19,276 nt of DNA from Octopus sinensis (Eukaryota), in the NCBI RefSeq assembly GCF_006345805.1, contig NW_021824216.1, positions 1 through 19,276 of the forward strand, in the 5' to 3' direction. A model generated the notes under the pieces. The model had not been told where the DNA came from, ran no database searches, and saw only the letters and a program-made list of their open reading frames with translations. Position numbers and translations under genes: made by a program. Positions 9,718-19,181 of the stretch are shown one piece after another; positions within the stretch are counted from its first letter, which is position 1; each line of letters opens with the position of its first letter.

Positions 9718-10034
9718 ACCTTGTTAACAATTAACACGGAAAATAAATAAATAGTTACCAGGGCAGCAAAAATCTCACAAGTAAAGGTGTTGTAACTCCT
9801 TGTTTATAAAGGTAGAAACTTCGTGTTTACGTTGAATATTTTGAATAATATGAATAAAAAAATGGAGTTAACGCAGGTGTAATCAAATATTTTTACGTTC
9901 GATACATGTTTCGAAAATTCCACTGATACTATTCAAAAGAATAAATGGTATAAACAATGCAATCTTCTCCTCAGGAAAGTGAAAAAAACGAAACTCGTCA
10001 ATAAGACATTTTAGCAAAACATGATGGATTTGTA
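9718..10034 (-). mobile_element. ~320-bp interspersed repeat, copy 2 (paralog of 6229-6563), probable Penelope-like pseudo-LTR
   Basis: Collinear with copy 1, carries the homologous hammerhead, and is preceded by a short (TA)n run. Confidence 0.75.
9895..9980 (-). ncRNA. Type I hammerhead ribozyme paralog, slightly degraded
   Basis: Minus strand: ACUUUC-CUGAGGA-GAAGAUU[loop]AAUUUUC-GAAA-C(AUGU)A-UC/GAACGU. Helix II 7 bp, helix I 5/6 pairs, C15.2.A16.2 mismatch, AUC triplet. Confidence 0.65.
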
Positions 10035-10048
10035 TACATACATACATA

Positions 10049-10850
10049 CAGGGTGCGGTGAATAAACTGTCGTCTGAATTACGCAGAGAAGAAAATAACA
10101 CTGAAATCTCATTTTAACAGATATATTTATCATAATTACATAGAAATATCTTGAAATACTAAAGAGTAAATTGATTCAAAAATCGCCATTGGATTCAACC
10201 GCGGCCTCTATACGACTGCTGAATTTCCTGCAACTCTTCTGGACGATCTCCTTGTTTAAGTAGGTGAATGCTGCCATAATCTTTGCCTTCAGTTCATCTT
10301 TGTTATTACAAGGAGTTTTGTTGATCTCCCGCTCAACATCACCCTACGCATAATAAAAATTGGACCTTTCCTTTCTTGAATGAGGAATACCGAATATCTT
10401 CATAAACTACGTGCCTGACAAGAGACTGAGACACATCCATGTCCTTGGCTATGGACTAGATTGACTTGGAGGGATCGTTGTGAAACATGGCCTGGATCTC
10501 ACCAACAAATTGGAGAGTTATTTTCTCATCAGAACGATCAGAGTGAGTTTTCCGAGCTGTCAAACCTTGACAATACCCGTTAGACTCATCCAACTCTTTC
10601 CGAATCCTCTGCAGTGTCCTCAGTGAAACACTCTGAAATGTACGCATTCGAGCTTAAGGCGCATATACCAAGCAAGACAACATGTCGTTTCCAAATTTTT
10701 GACAGGGTGAATTGCGGCATGGTGCTGTTTTTCTCACAGACGGTGCCCGACTGATCTTACTACACCAGTAGTCGACAAAATCACAATCAAACAATGCGCA
10801 TGCACCAAATTAAATCTATAACATAGCGACAATTTACACATCGCACCCCA
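10049..10850 (-). mobile_element. Internally deleted Tc1/mariner transposon (maT/DD37D-like), 802 bp
   Basis: TA + CAGGGTGCGGTGAATAAACTGTCGTC (10049-74). The other TIR is degenerate at 10825-10850 (18 of the outer 24 positions match). A broken transposase lies on the minus strand. Subfamily assignment is inference. Confidence 0.88.
10175..10720 (-). pseudogene. Transposase pseudogene: N-terminal DNA-binding region fused to extreme C-terminus
   Basis: From ATG at 10720: MPQFTLSKIWKRHVVLLGI..., frameshift, LRTLQRIRKELDESNG...EIQAMFHNDPSKSI*SIAKDMDVSQSLVRHVVYEDIRY...QFL. After the junction near 10351-56: Y-A-*-GDVEREINKTPCNNKDELKAKIMAAF...SRIEAAVESNGDF. The catalytic triad region is absent. Confidence 0.85.
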
Positions 10851-10874
10851 CTATTGTTTTTCAAAATGTAACCG

Positions 10875-11050
10875 CGTGTGTATCGTTGGCGATGTTCTTC
10901 CCCCGCCTTCCGTTTCTTTGGACTGCCCTCTATTTCTGAAGAAGAGCAAGGCTCGAAACGTTAAATCTTCTTTCCTTCCTCTCCTGAGCGTCTCAGAGTA
11001 CAGTAATTGTACTACGTCCTAGCGTTATTCTGTTTTCTTGTTTGTTTTCT
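10875..11050 (+). mobile_element. Short Penelope-like terminal repeat fragment with minimal hammerhead
   Basis: Unique segment centred on a hammerhead motif, with a pyrimidine-rich 3' part running into a (TA)/(CA) microsatellite. Boundaries approximate. Confidence 0.5.
10932..10966 (+). ncRNA. Minimal type I hammerhead-like motif
   Basis: AUUU-CUGAAGA-A-GAGC(AAG)GCUC-GAAA-CG-UU/AAAU. Helix I 4 bp, helix II 4 bp, palindromic AACGUU in place of helix III, one extra A after the core, GUU triplet. Confidence 0.62.
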
Positions 11051-11063
11051 TTCTTTCGATTCA

Positions 11064-11225
11064 CTATATATATATGTATATATATATATTATATATATAT
11101 ATATATAAATACTACACACTTCACACATACACACATACACACACACACTCACACACACACAGATATATATATATATATATATATACATACACACATACAC
11201 ACATACACACTTACACACACACACT

Positions 11226-11257
<32 letters not shown>

Positions 11258-11299
11258 CAACATACACACATACACACACACACTCACACACACACACAG

Positions 11300-11330
<31 letters not shown>

Positions 11331-11409
11331 TACATACACACATACACGCATACACATACACACCCACACACTCACACACACACACACACACACACACCAT
11401 ATATATATA

Positions 11410-11446
<37 letters not shown>
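11064..11446. repeat. Compound (TA)/(CA) microsatellite with higher-order duplication
   Basis: The block CACACACTCACACACACACAGATATATA...TACATA occurs near 11141 and 11277, with related partial blocks between and after. Confidence 0.9.
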
Positions 11447-11448
<2 letters not shown>

Positions 11449-11763
11449 TGCTCATTGTCGAAATCAAACGACTGAAACAAACAAAAATAAATAAAGAATG
11501 TATATAAAGCTATGGTAAAACAGAAAAAAAAGTAAGTTTAATGCACGCCAGATTTCATTCTTCTAAATGCCACATAACATAATATTGATGATGAATTAAA
11601 TTACACTATTGCTGGTGGGGATTACATCAAAATAAGTGTAGTTGAATTAATGGTAATATAGAAATACGATGTTAGATTTTCCTCAGATACAGATCTGTCT
11701 CAAAATTACTTCTGCAAACAAATTGTATAATATATGAAATACTGAGTTTCATTTAGCATTGAA

Positions 11764-11781
11764 GTATCTGTCTATCTATAC

Positions 11782-11864
<83 letters not shown>

Positions 11865-11871
11865 CCTATCA

Positions 11872-11957
<86 letters not shown>

Positions 11958-12242
11958 CTACCTATCTATCTATCTATCTATCTATCTACCTATCTATCTA
12001 TCTACCTATCAATCTATCTATCTATCTGTCTGTCTGTCTGCCTGTCTGTCTCCCCGTACTTCCGTCCTTCTGTCCGTCTTTCCGTCTCTCTGTATGTCCA
12101 CCCATCCATTCCACCAATCTATCTATGTTTGTGTGTCTGTATTTGACCCCAACGTCGTTTGACAACCGATGCTGCCTGTCCGTCCGTCCGTCCGTCCGTC
12201 TCTCTGTCTATCTATCTCTCTAGCAATCCATCCATCTACCCT

Positions 12243-12300
<58 letters not shown>
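11764..12300. repeat. (TATC)n/(TGTC)/(TCCG) tetranucleotide block, with a short type B SINE tail fragment at ~12128-12176
   Basis: Visible tandem runs. TTTGTGTGTCTGTATTTGACCCCAACGTCGTTTGACAACCGATGCTG matches the start of the type B tail. Confidence 0.9.
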
Positions 12301-12628
12301 AAGTAATTATCTAGACATTGTTGCATACTCACATATACATACATTTAACTTTAATTAAATGTGATTGACGCACTAATTCTTTGAGAATATGACTCTCTCG
12401 ATATACGTATATTCTGGACAACGATCAAGGTCGTGTACTCTTAACATGTTCTATTTATCGAATATTTAAACAAGATTGCGCTTACTAATTGGAGTGGCTC
12501 TGGTTTGTAAAGTCAACAATTGAGGAGAACTTATTGAACTTCGTCTGTGAAACATATCGTATTTAATCAGAAAGTCTAAGAATGATGAAAATATGAAGTC
12601 ATATTCATGTGCTTATATGTATGTATGT

Positions 12629-12856
12629 GGAAGGCGACGAGCTGGCAGAAACGTTAGCGAAATGCGTAGGCTATATTTCGTCTACCATTACCTTCTGGGT
12701 CCAAATTCCGCCGAGGTTGACTTTGCCTTTCATCTTTTCGAGGTCGATAAATTAAGTAACAGTTACGCACTGGGGTTGATGTAATCGACTTAATCCGTTT
12801 GTCTGTCCCTGTTTGGCCCCCTCTGTGTTTAGCTCTATGTGGGTAGTAAAGAAATA
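12629..12856 (+). mobile_element. SINE type A monomer with 15-bp TSD
   Basis: GCGACGAGCTGGCAGAAACGTTAG head, central GCCTTTCATCTTTTCGAGGTCGATAAATTAAGTA domain, tail ending AAAGAAATA. TATATGTATGTATGT occurs at 12614-28 and 12857-71. Confidence 0.93.
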
Positions 12857-13945
12857 TATATGTATGTATGTATGTGATTTGCGCGCACACACATGTGTTT
12901 ATGCTTGTGTGTGTGCTTGTTTGTGTGTAGGAATATCAACAAGATGGAGGTGAGTGATCGTTGAGGAACTGCGTTCTGTGTAATAAAATCGTGATCGAAA
13001 TTGTTACAATTGTTTCTTACGAAGAAGGGATTTCATAAACCTGTTCTCAACAGATTCATGGGCGACACATACATAGATTTATAGATTTATAGTATTTAGT
13101 TATTATATATTTTATTAAGAATGAAATTATTTACCGACTCTTAAGGTTGTTTTCATTCTATTCCAAAAGCCAGGAAATATATTATAAGACATAAATTGCT
13201 TCTCTTTATGAGATTATGACTAAGACCTCTTCCTCATTGCATTTGTCATTGTAATATGTATGTGAGTTTTGATTCTGCTATTTTGCCAATCCTTTGACCC
13301 CATAGGCCAACACGCAGGTCACAATGAACCAGAAATTTCCATGTTTAGATAAATTCATGAATCACAACAAAATAAAAAATGCACGAAGTAACCGAATTAC
13401 TGCACAAAATATTATTGATTTTGGTGGGGTTTTTTTGTCTGTTGTCATTACTCGGATTACAATTGCATTTTAATATACGCAGAATGAAGAGTTTATTTTT
13501 ACATTCGATTTGTTTATTCAAAATAGTATAACAGTTTCAATTTAGTTATTAGAAATTAGTTATTAGAAAACTGATGCTTTCTTTTTTTTTTGTATCTTCA
13601 AATGTGATATTACATTTGTAGAGAGAGAGAGTGAAAATTAATCAAACATTTACTAGGGTGCAGAAAAATGCTTAAGAACCACTGTTGAGAAGGGATTATT
13701 TACTGAGCAAACTAACAAAAGAAAAGTAGTCTCTGAATCCCACATTGGTTTAACTACAAGTCCACTCAAATTAGTTTACGCCATTATATTAGAAGCGCAG
13801 ACTCGTGTTAGAATATACTTTCTGAAATCTTAAATCTAATAACTTAAGCTATGACATAAATGGCAGATCAATATATTTTATCTAAGATTATAACGGTTCA
13901 ATAAGGCTAACTATAAACAGACATATTTGAATGTCGTAAAATATT

Positions 13946-14713
13946 CTTTTCCACTCTGGGCACAAGATACTAGATTTGAGGGGTGGGGAGCCAGTCGATT
14001 AGATCGACTCCAGTACGCAACTGGTACTTAATTTATGGACCAAGAAAGGATGGAAGGTAAAGTCTGCCACGGCGGAATTTGATCTCAGAACATAAATATA
14101 GACGAAATACCTATTTCTTTAGTACCCACAAGGGGCCAAGCACAGAGAAGACAAACAAGGACAGAGAAACGGATTAAGTCGAACATATCGACCCCAGTGC
14201 GTAACTGGTACTTATTTAATCGACCTCGAAAGGATGAAAGGCAAAGTCGACCACGATTGAATTTGAACTCAGAACGTAGCGGCAGACAAAATACCTATTT
14301 CTTTACTACCCACAAGGAGCTACACACAGAGAGGACAAACAAGGACAGACAAACGGATTGAGTCGATTACATCGATCCCAGTACGAAACTGGTACTTATT
14401 TAATCGACCCTGGAAGGATGAAAGACAAAGTCGACCTCGGCGGAATTTGAACTCAGAACGTAACGGGAAACAAAATACCTATTTCTTTATTACCCACAAG
14501 GGGCTAAACACAGAGGGGACAAACAAGGACAGACATAGGTATTAAGTCGATTACATCGACCCCAGTACGTAACTGGTACTTAATTTATCGACCCCGAAAG
14601 GATGAAAGGCAAAGTCGACCTCGGCGGAATTTGAACTCAGAATGTAACGGCAGACAAAATACCCCTAAGCATCTCACCCTGCGTGCTAAACGTTTCTGCC
14701 ACCTCGCCGCTCT
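13946..14713 (-). mobile_element. SINE type A multimer: head + three 184-bp units + terminal module with a different tail; 16-bp TSD
   Basis: ATACC junctions at 14107, 14291, 14475 and 14659. Head 14659-14713. Terminal module 13946-14106. AATGTCGTAAAATATT is identical at 13930-45 and 14714-29. Confidence 0.95.
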
Positions 14714-14930
14714 AATGTCGTAAAATATTGAATTTCATTCCGGTAAATTTTATTTTTTATCGTTAATTCAGTTTTATTATCATCTTGTTTGCATAAACGA
14801 TGTTAAAGGCGAGATATTTTAAAACGTTTATCTAACGAAATGCTTCAAAATATTTAATGGCAATGATAGCCTTCTGCAAGCTATATATTACCGAATAAAA
14901 ATGACTCTGTATGTGACGTAAATGCAGTCA

Positions 14931-15118
14931 CGTGTGAGTGGCTGAGAAGATCACTTTCTAACCATGTGGTTTGGAGTTCAGTCCTAGATCTTGGTAACAT
15001 GGGTACCACGCAGTAAGACTCAACCTTCGTGATATCTACGGCCTACACAAGCATTGTGAAATGATTGGGTAGTCAGAAATTGAAAGAAGCCGGTCGTATC
15101 TATCTATTTATCTGTCTG

Positions 15119-15180
<62 letters not shown>

Positions 15181-15320
15181 ACTCAGTCTGTCTGTGTGGC
15201 TCTCTGTCTGCCTTTATAGCGATCTATTTACCTATATATCTATATTAATATGTATCTCTGTATATTAATAAGTCTGTTCTCTCTTTCATTCTCTCTGCTT
15301 TTTCTACGTATGTATGTATG

Positions 15321-15352
<32 letters not shown>

Positions 15353-15946
15353 ATATATATATTATAATATATATATATACATATATTATTATTATTTATA
15401 TACATATATATATATAATAACAATTTAGATAAAAAAAAAACATATGCATACATGCATACACATATGTACATACCTACATCTATAAGTATACATACACGCA
15501 TATATGAGTACAGGACACCGCAAATAAACATAGAACACAACGAAAAACGAAAACATAAAACCAAACAAGGAAACGGACTTCTTTTAACAACGAAAAAACA
15601 GAGTACAAGACAAACAATACAAGGAACATTCCCATTCTTCAGCTGCTCCTGTTTCGACTCAATGCGTGTTTCGAAGGTAAGATGTATGTATTTATGTATG
15701 CATATGTATGTGTATGTGTATATGTGTGTGTGCGTGTGTTTGATTTCGTGTTGTATTTGTCCTCCACCCTCACTTAAAAATTAGTGTTTATTTGCGAAGG
15801 TTCGGTAACTTGGAGCTTCAGATAAAGAGAAGCGACAGAATAAGTACTAAACGGAAAAATAAACATCAAAAAAACTCTAGAGTTCGATTTGCCTCATCTG
15901 TGCGTTGCTACAGCATGGCCGAAGCTATATGACTGAAACAAGTAAA
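14931..15946 (+). mobile_element. SINE type B split by ~640 bp of microsatellite and an unrelated insert
   Basis: Head and domain 14931-15098 end in TGAAAGAAGCCGGTCGTA. Then (TATC)n/(TA)n, a unique insert ~15500-15685, and a diverged tail ~15740-15946 ending CAGCATGGCCG...GACTGAAACAAGTAAA. Confidence 0.7.
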
Positions 15947-16245
15947 TGCTAAAAACATGTTATGTCACAGTAATAAGGAGACCGACCACTAGCCAAGTAA
16001 TTTCTTTTAAGCGAACGGTTTTCTGAATAATTAACCATATTTTAAATACCGGTTTATATCGACCAATTTGCTAATATATTTCCCACTTCTCTCCTCTCGA
16101 ATATTTCCCCCGTTCTCCGTCACAGTTTTTCTATCACTCACTAGTTTTCCACTCCTGTTCTATCAATACTTCCTCGCTAACAAATAATGATTCAACAGTA
16201 AATATAATGTGAACTTTTGAGGTTTAATATATCTATGTCTCTAAG

Positions 16246-16361
16246 AAGGCGAGCTAGCAGGAATGTTAGCACACTGGGCGAAACGCTTAGCGGTATTACG
16301 TCTGCCGTTACGTTCTGAGTTCAAATTCCGCCGCGGTCGACTTTGCCTTTCGTCCTTTCGG
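16246..16361 (+). mobile_element. SINE type A, 3'-truncated
   Basis: Head with A/B boxes (GAGTTCAAATTCC) and the start of the central domain GTCGACTTTGCCTTTCGTCCTTTCGG. Confidence 0.9.
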
Positions 16362-16451
16362 AAACGTAACTGAAAGATGAAAACTCCAGATGAAAATACA
16401 AGGCAGTGCTTGAGTGTAACATCGGCCGTGAAGAGTAATAGAAATTTTTTC

Positions 16452-16735
16452 TATCTATCTATCTATCTTTCTATGTATCTGTCTGTCTCTCTCTGTATCT
16501 ATCTATCTATCTTTCTATCTATCTATCTATCTATCTATCAATCTATCTATCTGTCTGTTTGTCTATCTGTCTATCTATCTGTCTGTCTATCTATATATCT
16601 ATCTACCGATCTATCTATCTATCTATCTATCTATCTGTCTGTTTGTCTATCTGTCTGTCTATCTATATATCTATCTACCCACCTATCAATCTATCTCTTT
16701 CGAGATACGGGTGCGCACGCGTGTGTGTGTGTTCA
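16452..16735. repeat. (TATC)/(TGTC) degenerate tetranucleotide block
   Basis: Directly visible. Confidence 0.93.
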
Positions 16736-17184
16736 CGTATGTGTAAGATAAACAGCACAATTGGATGCAGAGAAAGAAAATGCGGACAGTCACCAACGTG
16801 AGAGGCTGCAAGAAGAAAATGTAGATGCGAAATATTTTACGTAAATGAGTATGCGCGGTGAATTGTACGCCGGGGAGGAGAAAAGGGGCAAAAAGTAGAT
16901 TGGTGCTTAGAGTAACTCTTTAACCAAGTAGAATAAGAAAAATAAACAAAAATAAAAAAAAAAGAAACAAGAAAAGAGACGATGCCTGATAAAAGCGCTT
17001 GTTTGTTTTCCGACTACGCACACACACAGACAGACAGACACACACACAGACACACACACACACCCACACACCACACACACACACGAGCGGAAACTTTACA
17101 GGTGAGTGTGTTAGATAATAAAGCATTAAAAGAGAATGATTTAACCATACGCTACAATACATATATACATACATACATATAAAC

Positions 17185-17231
<47 letters not shown>

Positions 17232-17360
17232 GTGTGTTTATGAACATACATATACGTGTTTCTTTGTGTGTGTGTGTGTACGTTTATGTTTGTATGTATG
17301 CATAAATGGATGGATCTAAGTAAAAAAATGTGAAATCATCTGATATTGAATTGTAAATAT

Positions 17361-17695
17361 TAGGAACACCTTCGGCTCATGAATGACCATAGGATTGCAC
17401 TTAGAAAGTTACCTTCGGAGGCACCAGTCTGAGAAGGGTTGTTTATGGAGTGTCAGCAGTCGCCCATGCATACTAGACTACCCTCTCCACAAGATTCGAT
17501 GTTATCCAAAGGAAAATGCAAAGACCGATACAACATGGTACCAGTGATATCGTAATTCATTTCTACAGAGCCGTGACCAGCAGCAATGTGAAATAATGTG
17601 TATTGCTAAAAAATACATCACTCAGACTCGTCCAGGAATCGAACTTACTACCACAGGATTATGTGCCCGACGGTCTAACCACTGAGACATTCGCC
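17361..17695 (-). mobile_element. tRNA-derived SINE, type D, copy 2, with 14-bp TSD
   Basis: Collinear with 9167-9493 (AGAAAGTTACC, GTTTATGGA, CAGCAGTCGCCCATGCATAC, GGAATCGAAC). TGAATTGTAAATAT occurs at 17347-60 and 17696-709. Confidence 0.88.
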
Positions 17696-17750
17696 TGAAT
17701 TGTAAATATAAACAGTGGTATCTCAGCTTGCGAAAGGAAAGCTGCACAGC

Positions 17751-17979
17751 AAGGTGTACTGGCAGAAACGTTAGCATCCCGAGCGAAATGCGTAGCCGTA
17801 TTTCGTCTGTCGTTACGTTCTGAGTTTAAATTCCGCCGAGGTCGACTTTGCCTTTCATCCTTTCTGGGTCGATAAATAAAGTACCAGTTTCGTACTGGCG
17901 TCTATGTAATCGACTTAATCCCTTTCTCTGTCCTTGTTTGTCCCCTCTATGTTTAGCCCCTTGTGGGTAGTAAAGAAAT
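17751..17979 (+). mobile_element. SINE type A monomer
   Basis: Full head, central domain and tail ending AGTAAAGAAAT. Confidence 0.92.
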
Positions 17980-18158
17980 GTGTATTAGAAGACAAGTTCA
18001 AAATATGTCCATCATTTTCACACACTTCGAAATGACAATGGGTTGTATTACACATATATCCATTAATTATTGTTTATTATTCTTTATTACTTCTTGACTT
18101 TTCTTTAATTAATTTGTCTTATCTTATCTCCACATCGAACATATATATATATATATAT

Positions 18159-18311
18159 ATTTCTTTACTACCCACAAGGGGCTAAACATAGAAGGGACAA
18201 ACAAGGACAGACAAACCGTGTAAGTCGATTACATCGACCCCAGTGCGTAACTGGTACTTATTTAATCGACCCCGAAAGGATGAAAGTCGAAGTCGGTGGA
18301 GTTTGAACTCA
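18159..18311 (-). mobile_element. SINE type A, 5'-truncated at the B box
   Basis: Tail and central domain match other type A copies; it ends at TTTGAACTCA and runs into (TA)n on the tail side. Confidence 0.9.
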
Positions 18312-18383
18312 TCTTTGCTTAATTCAAATTTTGCAGCCATTTGCCTTACAAGGGAAAGGGTTTTTTAAAGCGGAACATATCTC

Positions 18384-18786
18384 TCTTTTACTTGTTTCAG
18401 TCATCTGACCGCGGCCATGCTGCTGCACAACCTTTAATCGAGCAACTCGACCCCGGGACTTATTCTTTTGTAAGCCCAGTGCTTATTCTATCGGTCTCTT
18501 TTGCCGAACCGCTAAGTAACGGGACATAAACACACCAGCATCGGTTGTCAAACAATGCTAGGGGGACAAACACAGACACACAAACACACACATGCATATA
18601 TATATATATATATACATATATACGACGGGCTTCTTTCAGTTTCCGTCTACCAAATCCACTCACAAGGCTTTGGTTGGCCCGAGGCTATAGTAGAAGACAC
18701 TTACCCAAGGTGCCACGCAGTGGGACTGAACCCGGAACCATGTGGTTGGTAAACAAGCGACTTACCACACAGCCACTCCTGCGCCT
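18384..18786 (-). mobile_element. tRNA-derived SINE, type B, full length with short internal microsatellite
   Basis: Minus: AGGCGCAGGAGTGGCTGTGTGG (A box), GGTTCAGTCCC (B box), CCTTGGGTAAGTGTCTTC (CORE-like by recall), ...GAAAGAAGCCCGTCG-(TA)n(TG)n, tail ending GACTGAAACAAGTAAAAGA. Confidence 0.93.
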
Positions 18787-18789
18787 ATG

Positions 18790-18803
18790 ATTATTATTAT
18801 TAA

Positions 18804-18880
<77 letters not shown>

Positions 18881-18890
18881 TTGTTGTTGT
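18790..18890. repeat. Compound trinucleotide microsatellite (TTA)n-(GTA)n-(GTT)n
   Basis: Directly visible; explains the poly-T/poly-N ORF. Confidence 0.96.
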
Positions 18891-19088
18891 TTGACTTTTG
18901 CTTTACATTTGTACAAGTTGGCACCGGGTCTCACCTAGAATCCTCAAGAGTCAAGTTAGAAGTTCACATTGGTGTTATGCCTAGGGTGCCATATATTTGA
19001 TTTTGTACATTACAGAGAATGTTTAAGAAACCATAAGAAAATTATGTGTCTGCTTTAAAATTTGAGATTATAAAGATTATCATTACAT

Positions 19089-19090
<2 letters not shown>

Positions 19091-19119
<29 letters not shown>

Positions 19120-19123
19120 TATT

Positions 19124-19154
<31 letters not shown>

Positions 19155-19178
19155 TTATTATTATTATTATCATGATTA
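19091..19178. repeat. Compound trinucleotide microsatellite (ATC)n-(ATT)n
   Basis: Directly visible. Confidence 0.96.
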
Positions 19179-19181
19179 TTG

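Noticed and set aside
14107-14658. CRISPR-like or tRNA gene array interpretation of the regular repeats
   Set aside because: The units are full 184-bp tandem SINE segments with no unique spacers. The tRNA-like heads lack a complete cloverleaf and continue into SINE bodies.
15500-15685. Minus-strand GAAAC...CTGAAGA as a permuted (type II) hammerhead
   Set aside because: Helices I-III cannot be formed convincingly in this copy. It may be another PLE-like terminus, but this is not supportable from the sequence alone.
16750-16845. Charged peptide [27 protein letters not shown] (plus) and a strong minus-strand acceptor TTTTCTTCTTGCAG
   Set aside because: Purine-rich low-complexity sequence explains both, and there is no matched acceptor-donor pair giving a convincing exon.
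208-18924. Long ORFs in the supplied track (e.g. 3657-4079, 5705-6139, 7918-8400, 11042-11494, 11759-12223, 16377-16751, 18685-18924)
   Set aside because: They are translations of di-, tri- and tetranucleotide microsatellites (YI, HT, CV, YLSI, poly-N/T) that lack stops by composition.
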